Assembly: GCA_964270895.1 (NCBI GenBank)
Contig: OZ185450.1
From: Podarcis filfolensis
Taxonomy: Eukaryota
Direction: 5' to 3' (one strand)
DNA: 64,000 nt
Shown here: piece after piece, positions 1-11,373 of the stretch
Position numbering within the stretch: position 1 is the first letter of the stretch
Layout: every line of letters starts with the position of its first letter
Notes under the pieces: generated by a model
Told to the model about the DNA's origin: nothing
Database searches by the model: none
Seen by the model: only the letters and a program-made list of their open reading frames with translations
Made by a program: the position numbers and the translations under genes

Positions 1-1059
1 CTGGAGGGCTGAGTTTGCCTTTGCCTGGTGTAGACAGCACTGGGCTAAATGAACAAATAGTCTTTCTCAGTATAAGGTAGCTTCTTAATGGTCCTGCAAT
101 TGCAATGACTGGTGTGTTTTAATGAAAGAGAGACAGTGCAACCAGGTCCTAGGCATGGATGGTTTCTCGGTACAGGTTGGCATGCACAGGTCCATCTTCT
201 TTTTTCACATGTGGTTTGTTAAGAAGGGGGAGAACAAAATAATAATAATCACATTTACTCAGTTTATAGCTGGATGTCAGTTCTGGCTGCAGCCTGCAGC
301 CTGGATAGCACCTAAAATAGCCTCATTAGAATGCTACCTCCACCATACTGCCTCTCAAGACTATGGTTTGTACCAAATATGGTAGGTACAAACCATTGTT
401 GAACAATGGGCTTCCACTAGTGCAACTGTTTCATTGTACGACATTAAAACCCACCTGTCCACTAGCGCAAGATCCGTTGCTTGTGTGGACAGAGAACGTT
501 GGCTACAGTTCTATGACTAGATGCAGACATCAGCCAACATCTCCCACCCCCTTCCTTTATTTACCATTGCCAGGTGAAGTAAGCCCAAAAGCTCACCTTG
601 CAAATGCACTCTGACTCCTGAGATCCTTGTCCCCTGAAGCTGAGCAATAACACAAAGTATAAACCAATATTTAGAGAGGCATATGCTCAAACATAATGGA
701 TAATCTCTTAATTGTTTGCACAACTGGGGACATTCTATACGTTTGCCCTTTGTTAAAATACATAATCTACACCAGCACCTGATATTTGTAGTTCACTTTT
801 CACATAAATTGCCATCAGACTCCACTTACTAATTCCCTTTGATCGTTATCTCTATTCTTTAACATTGCTGCTCATTTAATCAGGCTTAACTGTTCACAAA
901 TCTTTCTAACGATATCTTGTTTAGTTGATCTGTGGGTGTTTTTCTAAACTCTGGCATATAATAGCCTTGCAGTGTTTAAGAGATCTAGAATCGGGATCCT
1001 GTGTGGTTGCAGATTCAACTCTCAGCATTGCTTAGTAAGCAGATCAAAGGGTCTAGTGG

Positions 1060-1300
1060 AATTTCAAATTGCATTCATTATCTTATTATTTAAACCACAT
1101 ATACCAATACTGCTTTGTCACACCTTTACCATATTTTTTTTTGGGGGGGGGCAATACAATAATTTCACAATACAATGCAGTTTTGCATGCTATTTTCACA
1201 AACAGGTGCATTTTTATGTCCCTAACAAACACATTTGTATACATAATATTCGGTTGGAGAACTGTATCACAAAATTCGGAGAAGTGCAATTTCCCCCTCT
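1060..1300. repeat. AT-rich dispersed repeat, unclassified family A (degraded copy)
   Basis: Shares blocks with 42700-42900 (tgcatgctattttcac / tgtatgttattttcag; ttcggagaagtgcaaattt-like / ttggagaagggcaaattt). Boundaries approximate. Confidence 0.5.
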
Positions 1301-3904
1301 TGCTCTTTCGTGCTCTTAAGTAAGAGCTGCTGTTGTGTTTTGGGATGGGAGCCTGACAGCACGTAACTTTTAAGAACTTACTTGCATGGGTGCTTGAAAG
1401 CAGAACTGTCCTTTTGGAAAGGGGCTCCTGACATAGTTCCTCTGTGTGAGAGCTGTTATGTTGGACCTTTGCACAGAGGCAGGTTTGGCTCCCCCATTGC
1501 TGACTTAGCATCAGAACGCAGTCACAATCCCTCTGACTCAGCAGTACCATTAAGAGGAGCTAGATTTACTGATGACTTCCCCACCCCCCCCATCCCATGT
1601 TCAGAGGCAAGAGAGTGACTGCTAGTGGTTGCCCAGGAAGGAGATTTAAAACTTGAAAAGGGGAGCATGAACAAAAAGATGTGGGAAGAAGAGGGCCTGT
1701 GTGAAGATTATTTGCAGACCTTTGAGGAAATATTTCTCCTCTCGTTCTGCATTATCGGGGTCTTCCAGGGATGCCACAAAATGGCCAGCGATTGAACATC
1801 TTGCCCATGTGATTATTTCATTAGCAATGTTAATTCCGCCAGGCTGGAAGCTTTCCTGGTGCTTGCATATTCATGGGCCTCCTCCTCCGCTCATTCGTAT
1901 TCTGCTGGTGCTGCCTCCGGACACACTGTGAGCAAATCTGCCTGGGTGTCAGAAAGGCAGCTCTGTGAAGCAGCCACAGCGGGTGCGTGTCTGGGTGGGA
2001 GGACATGGATGAACAGGGAACCTTTTGTTTGCTTCCATTATCCACCCTCCCCACCCCACTTAAGGGATGTTCTAGCCCCCAAGTGAAAAGCCATATCCAT
2101 AATGTGCACCTACCCTGCCACAGAGAGAGCTGTGTGATCAAATGAAATGCCCCCTCAGATCGCCTCTCATTGGCTTTTCCGAAATTGAAAACCACAAGGT
2201 ATCTCCAAGAGGCCAATTGAGCTCTGAGCTCTGCTAGGGGTGAGGTGTCTGAGCAATCTATGCAGCAAGAGGAAGTCCTCGCCATTGTTCTCTGGCAAGT
2301 CACCAGGCTGTCACAGGTTTGATAAAGCCCGAGATTCCAACTGGAAAATGTCAAATAGCTCCGAACAGATTAAGGCATTGTGGAAGCATCAGCACATAGC
2401 CTCTCTGATGTTTATCTCTTCTGCATCCTGATGCTGTGAGCACTGAAGCTAAGAGATGAGTGTGCCGCACAGCTCTGGGCTTTGGGTACCAAACTGAACC
2501 TGCCACTTGGGTGGCATGACACAGATGGGGGCAGAGTTGCTCTACCCCACATATCTCTATAGTGCAGGAATAGCCAATGTGGTGCATTTCAACTGCCGTT
2601 GAACTCCCAACTCCTATCATTCTCAGCCATCACAGCTAGCAGTGAGGGATGATGGGAGTTTTAGTCCAATAACACCCAGAGGGCACTACAGTGGGTGCAC
2701 CTGCTATAGGGCCACAAGCTCTATTTCCCTGGCATTGTCTGACAACTAAATAACAGCGTTTGAAAAATGAAGTCCAAGCAAGCCTCATTTGCACTGGAAC
2801 CTCTGGGCTGTGACCTGCTATGGTCAGATCCTGGATTCCCATATGCTCCAATGTTTTTTTGTCCCAAATCCGGGACACCCTCACATCAAGCTGTCTTTGC
2901 CCCTGCCCCCACCCCTCACCCAGCCACCTTTGCTTTGGAAGATCAATGTAGGGAACAGTGACAAAGTTTTGCTGGTCATCGCCAATCATTATTATTCTCC
3001 TCCTCCTCCCTTTCATTCACTTATTCTGTTGAAGGTTTGCCAGTTTGCATAAAAGAATCAAGGAAGTCATAAATCAATCTCAAGAGCTTCTGTTCCCTTT
3101 GGAGGGGAGGATAATAATAACAGCCCTAAACAAAACTAGCTTACCATCAGGCGAAAGGAATTCCTAATGACAAACTTGGCTTTGCTGAGGACACCCGGGG
3201 CTTCAGGAAAACAAGATTAAGCTTGCAGTGCCCAGACTCTATTACTCCATATATTACTGTGGGCTGCTGGACTTGATGGTTCCTACAGGTGGAAATATCA
3301 CCCTATGAAAAAGTGAAGGCAGATAATAAAGCTCAGTGGCTCGGGGGATTGTGAATTGTGTATGGAATGTTTTGCACTTTTTATAGCTGGGCTAACCTTT
3401 AGTGAGGGTGGCAGTGGCAGGCATCTGCTCTGGTGATTGCCGCCAGTAAGATGCCCACCATTGTTACTTGGGGAGGGGGAGAGACTTACACTTTGCAGGC
3501 ACCCTGGGTCTGTGCAATAGGTTCCAATGTGTGCTCTGAACATAGAGGGGCATTGTGCTCATTTGAGGAATTCTTAGTCAAAACTGGGTCACTCGTTGTC
3601 AGGAGGCAGAGAAAGGATAAGTTCCCATCCATGCAGCAGTGCCCCCACACCCTGCTGAGCTGTGTGTAAATAGACTCCTGAATTTCTCCAACCTTTGTGG
3701 GTAGATAAATAGGGGGTGTAATTTCCCAAAAAAATTATCCAAGGGGAGTATAAGTACCTCAGAGATTTCTCAGGGGTGGTGCCCACAATCAGCACATATC
3801 CTTTCATTCTCCGCCCACTGGCATTTTATTGGTCACTCAAAATGGCAAGAGTAAGCAGAACTGTAAGAGTAAGAAGAACTGGTCAACATTTTGCAAAATA
3901 ACAT

Positions 3905-4115
3905 AATAAAAGCATCAGGCCAATGGCCCATCTGATCCAGCATGCTGTTCTCACTGTAGCCAAGCAGATGCCTGTGTGAAACCCACAAGCAGGACTCGAG
4001 CACAGGAGCCCTCTCCCCTCCTGTGGTTTCCAGCAACTGGTATTCAGAAGCACTGCTGCCTCCAACTGGGGAGGCAAAGCAATGCCTGGTAGCCATCAAT
4101 AGCCCTCTCCTCTAT
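3905..4115 (-). mobile_element. CR1 LINE 3' fragment
   Basis: caggccaatggcccatct..ccagcatgctgttctca..ggtttccagcaactggtattcagaagc, the same block as in about ten other CR1 copies in the window. Confidence 0.8.
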
Positions 4116-4654
4116 CCCGCACAGATGTCACCCAAGGACATTTTGTGGGGGTGACCAGATGGAAGACATTCTGAGAAATTTCTGCAAAGTGTTCCATTTC
4201 CCCCCCTTTCCCCCTATTATACAATTCCTATAATGCATTTATACCCCGTTCTTCAAAAAAGTGGCTTACAACTTCATTTCAAATTACAGCAGCATTGCAA
4301 TGATTTAGGAAGTTTTAAAAGATCTTTTGAAATTAATTCCACAGAGATTCTAAACCACCACCCAAAAATAGATCCAAGAGATGCACAATATAAGACCTCC
4401 AAAGGCCGCTGAGAAGACATTGGTCCATTATACATCACAAGCGATGAGGCCTGCTGGACATTAGAAGAACTGAGTGTTCTGTTTCAGTGTAACTGAGGGT
4501 GCTCAGGGTGATGACCATTGGCCAGCAAAATAACATCCAATAAATTCAGCTCAGCTCAGCATCTACCCCCAAGCAGCATTATGCCCACCCCCAGAAAACT
4601 GGATGGTAACCATTGCATGTGTATGGGCCAAAGTAATAAATAGGTAAAAACATA

Positions 4655-5040
4655 ATTAAAATGATGTTGGATTGGAAATAAGTGGTATTAGCAACAAAGT
4701 TAATAAGAATATGCAAAAATGAATTGATAATGGATGAAAATACAGAGTTATAAAATGTTAAGTTATAGAGATAAGATAAATGAAAGAGGGTAAGGATTTG
4801 CTGATTTGATTATTTAAATGGGAATACAAGAAGGGGAGGTGTGAGGAGGTCAAAGAAACAAGCAAATGAGTTTTAAGTTATGAAAAATGGAATTGTTTTT
4901 AATTTTTCTTATTTTTTCTGTGTGCTTATATGTTGTATTTTTATTTCTCTTTTTTCTTTTATTATGTGTTCTTGTATATTTGTTTTTGTAAAACTTTAAT
5001 AAATATTTCTTAAAAAACAACAACAACAAAAACAACAAAG
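4655..5040 (+). mobile_element. L1 LINE 3'UTR with A-rich tail
   Basis: Shares taaggatttgctg and ggaatacaagaaggggagg..tgaggaggtca with the 3'UTR of the L1 at 33967-34569; ends aataaa plus an (A/AAC)-rich tail. Confidence 0.75.
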
Positions 5041-7964
5041 TAATGAAGTGTACTAAACACACTTTGGGGAATGAGGGAAAAACTTGCAAAGTTTATGGGG
5101 TAGAACGGGTTTGGCCATTGGGTCAACAGTCTTGATAATTACAGCCCATTTACTTGGTTTCATAGAATGTGATTGGGGCATCTGGAATTCGGGCCTTGTA
5201 CTATGTTCATGCTTATTATTATGGCTATTTAAAATTAAGCCCTGGATTGTCCTCCTTGGTCACACCAGAGTGTGACAAAGGGATGGAATGCCAAAACTCC
5301 ATTTCTACCCTAGTTTCTGAAGGACTTATGGGAGCAACACTAAAACTGATCTGGGACTTTCACTGCCCTTCGTTGGGCTCTAACCATATGTATGGTCTTT
5401 CCTGGTCATGAGATAATAATAATAATAATAAATAGCTATGGGTTTTCCCAGTAAAATGGCCTGACTCATCCCTCACCACAAAGAGGTCCAGCTGGGATTG
5501 GTAATTTAAAGCCATTTCTGCACGTCCACTCAGCAGTGCCTTTAATCCCCAGACGGAGGAGGCAAACTCGTTAGCACAGGAGGCAATAAATCTCGGTGAG
5601 CTCATGAACTATTTACAGCAGTGCTGAGTAAGCTATCCGCCATTATATATCAATTCCTCCACTGTCCTCTTAGTTTGCCTTCTGTGAACTCCGAAGACAA
5701 AAACTTGTGAGAAACTCCTGGGGTCTTGGTTCCAGAGCAGAGGTTAGAGGACCTGGGGCTCAGTAGGTGTCACTGGGATCCAAACTAATCATTAGCCCCA
5801 GCCATCTTGACAAGTGGTCAGGGATGATGGGAGCCTTACAACATCTGTAGGGTCATAGGTTCCATCTATTTTTCAAGGACAAAAGTCCCATGTCCAAAGA
5901 CTTCTTTGTGGGGCCATTGAAAGATGGGGTGAGGGACTCCAGAGCTTGATCTAAAATATCTTTGTCTGACAGTGTAATCTTTGGTGGGTCTACTCAGAAG
6001 GAAGTACCGAGTTTAATGGAGCATACTTCCAAGTAAGTGCACAATAAGAATGGACAACCTTTTGCGCCTGAGAGACTTATTTGGCAGTAGATGGGCAGGC
6101 AGGGGCCATACCAGTTCACAGGACAACTATTTCTATTATTACTACTGCAATGTACATATTAATCACCTTTAAAACACCACCCCAAGACAATCCCACATAC
6201 TGCTAGGTGGGAAAGCCTCCCAGAACAGAAATGACTTCAGCAGTTGCCAGAGAATGCAGATTTGTGTCTATCTCCACAGAATAGGTGCAGCCACACGAAA
6301 AGCTCTGCTCTGACTAACTGCAGAGAGGGCTTCTGAGATATTTGGAACTTGCAGGAAAGACTTTCCCACAGAATAGAGTGATCTACAGGTGTATAGGGAA
6401 TAAAGCTGTCTCTGTTGTAAATAATGGATGGCAGGGACTGGGGTGGTGGTGAGTAGGAGCATCCACACATGCATTTATTCATGCACACTCATTTTCTCTC
6501 TCTCGCACACGCAAACAGGACTACCCCTCTCTTCTCCTTGTTCCTTCCTGCCCATTTAAACCAAGCACCTCCCAGCCTGCCAAACAGCTCTTGCACAGGC
6601 TGAGAGGAGTGTGGGCAAGACAGTGTGAAGGGATAGCTCTCCCCTGTCAAATTGCATTCTCTCCTCCTACCCACCAAGCATCTGTTTGATAGATGAGGGA
6701 ACTGAGTATGCATGGGCAGGATGGGGCCCAGCTTTAAGGGAGTGGTGCCAGGCAGCAAAATTCAGGGCCAGGAGAGAAGCCCTTCCTCACACAGCACGTA
6801 GTTAAACTAGGGAAATCGCTCCCACAGGAGGCAACAAGGACCACAAATTTGGATTTGCTTTCAAAGAAGATTGGACAAATCCGTGGAAGCGAAGGCTTTT
6901 GTGTTTGAAAATGCTTTCCCCATGTACCTAGGAAATTAGTTTTGAACAACCCCTGGATAGGACCGGCTCCTTTTTTCTTCTTTTACATTATTTTTTTTTG
7001 GCTTGGGTCAACAAACACAGAGGGTGAAGAATTGGATTAAATATACCGAGGCTTTGATTCTGTAAATTGCAAGGTGCAGATCTTCCTCATTTGACTGAAA
7101 GGAAACAGCAGCAGCAACGAGTACCCAAAAACCGAGCTGGATTTTCCATCGCCTCTGGAAATGTGCCTCAAACAAACTCTCCAGCCGCCTGTTTAATTCC
7201 CTCAGCACAGCTGTGTTCAAGTCGTTTCGCTGCTGCGCTGTCAGTCCAACCTGTTCTTTTCAAAAGTATTTTGTCATGGGGCTTATGGACCAAGGACACT
7301 CATTGCCTAAGGCTTTATATCTAGCAGTTTGATCTCTTGAGTTGTGTGTGGGGGAGGGCCATAAAGCTGCGGCGCCAGTACCCGTGAGCCTCTCTAATTC
7401 CACGGAGAGGACCCAGGTTATTCCTCTGCCGGGAGTACTAATAGGATTCTAATAGGTTGGCAAATGGGATTTTTTACAACTGCCATTCTGCAGTTACTGA
7501 GACGGTGTGTCACTGGGACAACCCTATAAATCCAACCGGCCCGCTCCCCAGAGATCGAACCGGGGGAGGGGGGGACTGAAAGTGAAGAGATGACATGGAA
7601 AATGGAGAAACATTAAGTGTCTGGTGCTATGAGGAAGACACATCAATGCCCTAGAAAGGAAGACTTCAATCACTTGCCTTTGAGGCGATGGGTATTAGTG
7701 ATGTTGTCTGGGTTGCTTGCTTTATCATGGGCTGTGGGGAGCAGCATGGCTGCATTGGGGGTTCCTTTCTCAGTCTCTCTGGGGACCTTGTTCCCCTTTC
7801 TACCTCTAATGCACTTAGGAGAAAGTACAGGGGACTAAGAGTGGCCACAACACAGGTAAAAAAGTCCCCTCGCTACACCACAACAGCCAACATGTTGGAA
7901 GGCATAGCTTATATCATTAGAACCCACATCTTTAGCATGTTCCACATCCATAACCAAGACTAGG

Positions 7965-8520
7965 ACTGGGCAAACATGCCAATTTCAATTTCTCTCTGCT
8001 TATCATTTTGCCTATCGTAAGTTCAGTTCTCTACATTTCAACATAATGAGTATTCCTGCACAAATTTTTCCTGATAGCCACATTTTTATATTCATTTTTT
8101 GCCTAAAATACAAGTTTTTGCAAGGATTTTCCTTTAATGGAATGCATTTTGCATCATGCTTACACAGATGATACATTGCACCCTGGTGTTTGTGTATGTG
8201 TGTGTGCACGTGGGATAGCTTAGTTAAGTCAAATAATAGTTGGTAGAGCATGAGAGGCTTAATTTCAGGGTTGGGGATTTGGGCCCCTCTTTGGGTGAAA
8301 GATCCCTGCATTGCAGGGGCTTGGGCTGGGTGACCCTTATGGTCCCTTCCAACTCCCCAGGTCTTTGATTCTACGTATGCTACTTGACTGTAGAACTGCA
8401 TTACAAAATTCACAGATGTGTGAATTTCAAAGGATGATCAGATTTCGCTCTGCCTATTGATTCAGCCAGTGAATTAAGTAGGTTTGCTTTTAAAGGTGAA
8501 TTGAACTGAATTTCTTCCCT
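7965..8520. repeat. AT-rich dispersed repeat family A (degraded, interrupted by a CR1 tail)
   Basis: Similar by eye to 9285-9620, 35265-35665 and 42560-42990. Confidence 0.45.
8315..8385 (+). mobile_element. CR1 3' tail (5'-truncated)
   Basis: cctgcattgcaggggcttgggctgggtgacccttatggtcccttccaactc..gattcta. Confidence 0.7.
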
Positions 8521-8654
8521 ATCCCAAGCTACGAGCCACTGACTTTTGTGTAATGGGTGTAGTTGTATTATCCAATCCCATTGAAAGTCATATTGGGAAT
8601 CATTCAATTGAAATTTGAGGTATAAATCTTCTGAAAAAATGAGTGATTGCTCTC

Positions 8655-9010
8655 TCCTAAGAACATAAGAAGAACCTGCTGGATTGGGGCAATGGCCCAT
8701 CTAGTCCAACACCCTGTTCTCTCATTGGTCAACCAGTTGCCTATGGGAAACCTGCAAGCAGGACCTGAGTCAAACAGGACTCTCTGCTCCTATTCCATAG
8801 AATTCTATGCTTCTGTGGATGGCTATTCTTCACCGATGCTTTAGCTGATATACCTGCATTGCAGGGGGTTGGGCCAGATGACCCTCCTAACTCTACAATT
8901 CTATGATTCAGTGATTCAGTGATTCCTGTGATTTCCAGCAACTGCTTTCAAAAACATTTCTGCCTCCAATTGTCAAAGCAGATCATAGCCATCATGGCTT
9001 AGTAGCATTG
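8655..9010 (-). mobile_element. CR1 3' fragment interrupted by a + strand CR1 tail (~8790-8925)
   Basis: agaacataagaagaacctgctgga..ggcccatctagtcc..; the internal insert ends ctctacaattctatgattcagtgattcag. Confidence 0.75.
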
Positions 9011-9284
9011 TGTAGTTCTATTCAATTCACATTGAATTGTGTCCATTTGTTTGGACCCTTTTCCCTGGGTTATCTTTCCATTTTAAACACAAGTGGCTTA
9101 CAGATCCATAAGTTTAAAATAACAATGAACCAATAAATGGAAGAATAAAGCAGCATCACAGAAAAATGCCAGCATAAAAGCCATCATTCTTTCAATGGTG
9201 AGCTTAGAAATGTAGGGTGGCCTCAGGGCAAAGCTGAAGTGACAGTAGTGATGGCACCAGATAATCTTCCATAGGATAGAGATG

Positions 9285-9620
9285 GGGGAGAAATGTGTTC
9301 AGTTTAAATTTTAATGTGAATCTACTAAATTTGCATCATTTCCTGATCCAATATGCAAACTGAAACTTTCCTCTCTTTCTAAATTTGCCCTGCTCTGAGT
9401 TTCACCATAAAGAATGCATAGCAACATGTGCATAATTAGTGAACATTGCTTTCAATAATCCATATGCTGAACAAAATTGCATATAAAGTTATGTATATTC
9501 AGAGGGATTTGCCTGGAAATTTCTACAAATTCCCATGTGGCTCTTTTCTTTTTATTTAAAAAATAAATCACCATCATCTTCATACATTTGCAGAAACGGG
9601 GCAATCTAAGCTTAATATTG
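9285..9620. repeat. AT-rich dispersed repeat family A
   Basis: gagaaatgtgttcagtttaaattttaatgtgaatctactaaatttgc resembles the reverse complement of ~8470-8520 and ~42940-42980. Confidence 0.5.
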
Positions 9621-10589
9621 AAAAACACAAGAAACAAAAATTTACAGATTAGTTGCTACCTTCTCTGGGGAAAGACTTGCGAAGCTAAGGTGCCACTACA
9701 GAGAAGGCCCTCTGTCCATCTAACCTCTGATAACAGAGGAAGTCAGAGAAGGGCTTCTGGTGCTGATCTCAGAGACAGATTTGTATGCAGTAGGAGTTCG
9801 GAGGGTGGAGCAGCAGTACTTACTGGGTCTCCTATCGGCAGCATCACTGCAAATTACTGGGAGGAAAAGTGGGAGGATCAAGGTAGCAGCAAATGCACCA
9901 TGGGGAGCACTGGATTGGTTCTGCTGGTGCACCTGCACCACATCAACCTCCTCGCCACGTTGCCCCTCTCGCTCTCCTTCCTGTTAATTCATAGTGATGC
10001 TGGCAATGGGAGATCAGGTCAGCATGGCTGCCCCACCGGCTACTTCTCCTTGTATGGCTTCTTTTGCATGAGGCGTTGGTGAGTTGGTTGCTAGGCAGTG
10101 TGCTGTGGATGAAATGCTACGAGAGAAGCCCACTCCTTCCAGCTTTTGTATCACCCGTCCTTTGTTCCTTTGCCTAAAGCAGAAGCTTATGAAATGCTAA
10201 ATGTCAAACTGAAGGGCACTCTGCACCTGAGTTCAGCATGGAGAGACTTACTTTGCTGTGCAGCTAGTAGCAGAGATGCTGATATGGCGAAACTGTCTTT
10301 CTGATGCTGAAGTGGGGATATACATTCTCTGCTACTTGACAGAGGAAAATAGATTCCCTGGCTTTACATTAAGTGAGAGGTACCTGTAAAGCAGTGAGCA
10401 AGCAAAATCCCAGGGAGCCTCTTACACGGAGGTGCGCTGACCTTTGAAAGGGCATTAATTTGAATTTCCAGTCCACCTGATCTGCAAGACTGGAGGGGTC
10501 AAGAAGAGTTTCAAAAATGGTGGGCTCGAAGGAATGCAAATTGTTCCCAGGTAAGACCACATTTTGTTGAATGTTTTGGGACAGAAGAA

Positions 10590-10915
10590 AGCTTCACACA
10601 TCACATCTGCAAACTACAGAATTTCCTGTGGCAGGGTAGTGGTGGCCACCAACCCCAATGGCTTTAAAAGAGCGTTAGACAAATTCATAGGCTGCCAACA
10701 GCTGCGAGCCACAATGGCCATGTTCTTCCTCTGCTAAGAGAGGACGTATTCCTCTGAATACCAGTTGCTGAGAATCAAAGGTTGTCAGAATGCTTCTGCA
10801 TTCAGGTCCTGCTTATGGGCTTCTCATAGGCATCTGGTTGGCCAATGTGAGAGCAGAATGCTGGACTAGATGGGCCATTGGCTTGATCCAGCATTTTCTT
10901 CTTACATTCTTATAG
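10590..10915 (+). mobile_element. CR1 3' fragment
   Basis: gtggccaccaac..ggctttaaaagagcgttagacaaattcat..gctggactagatgggccattggcttgatccagc..ttcttacattcttat. Confidence 0.8.
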
Positions 10916-11140
10916 GGGAACAAAACGCCATTTATGAAACACCACCCAAATGGCAAATTGTGGCAACTTCACTGTAGCCGGGCTGTGATGATGTGACCCA
11001 AACAACAGGGTAGGGCGCTTTTCCTATTGAAATCTAGGAGGAGTCAGTCTGAAGCTCACTCACATCTCACTTCCATTGCCACAGCACATGTGGAATGCCA
11101 GATTTTAAGATGTTTAATTCTGTTAGGCATGAGCAAGCCA

Positions 11141-11190
11141 TAGAAACATAGAATTGTAGAGTTGGAGGGGACGTCAAGGATCATCTAGTC
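11141..11190 (-). mobile_element. CR1 3' tail, 50 bp
   Basis: Reverse complement: gactagatgatccttgacgtcccctccaactctacaattctatgtttcta. Confidence 0.7.
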
Positions 11191-11323
11191 ATTTTGCTTT
11201 TGGTCCATGCGCATTTCACATGTGTTCATTCCTAAATACATCCCATCCTGTTTTGGCATTAATCTGATTTGTTCCTTTGTTAAAAAATATGCCAATAAAC
11301 AAACAAACATGTAAATAAATAAA

Positions 11324-11373
11324 GACTGGATGACCCTCAGGGTCCCTTTCAACTCTGCAATTCTATGATTCTA
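11324..11373 (+). mobile_element. CR1 3' tail, 50 bp
   Basis: gactggatgaccctcagggtccctttcaactctgcaattctatgattcta. Confidence 0.7.

Noticed and set aside
9588-10082. 164-aa ORF and exon-like segments (9995-10078 +, 9824-9980 -) with good splice signals
   Set aside because: No recognisable protein. The core caaatgcacca..ggagcactg..tctgctggtg recurs at ~23245-23285, so part of it is a repeat remnant. The signal-peptide-like frame has no ATG.
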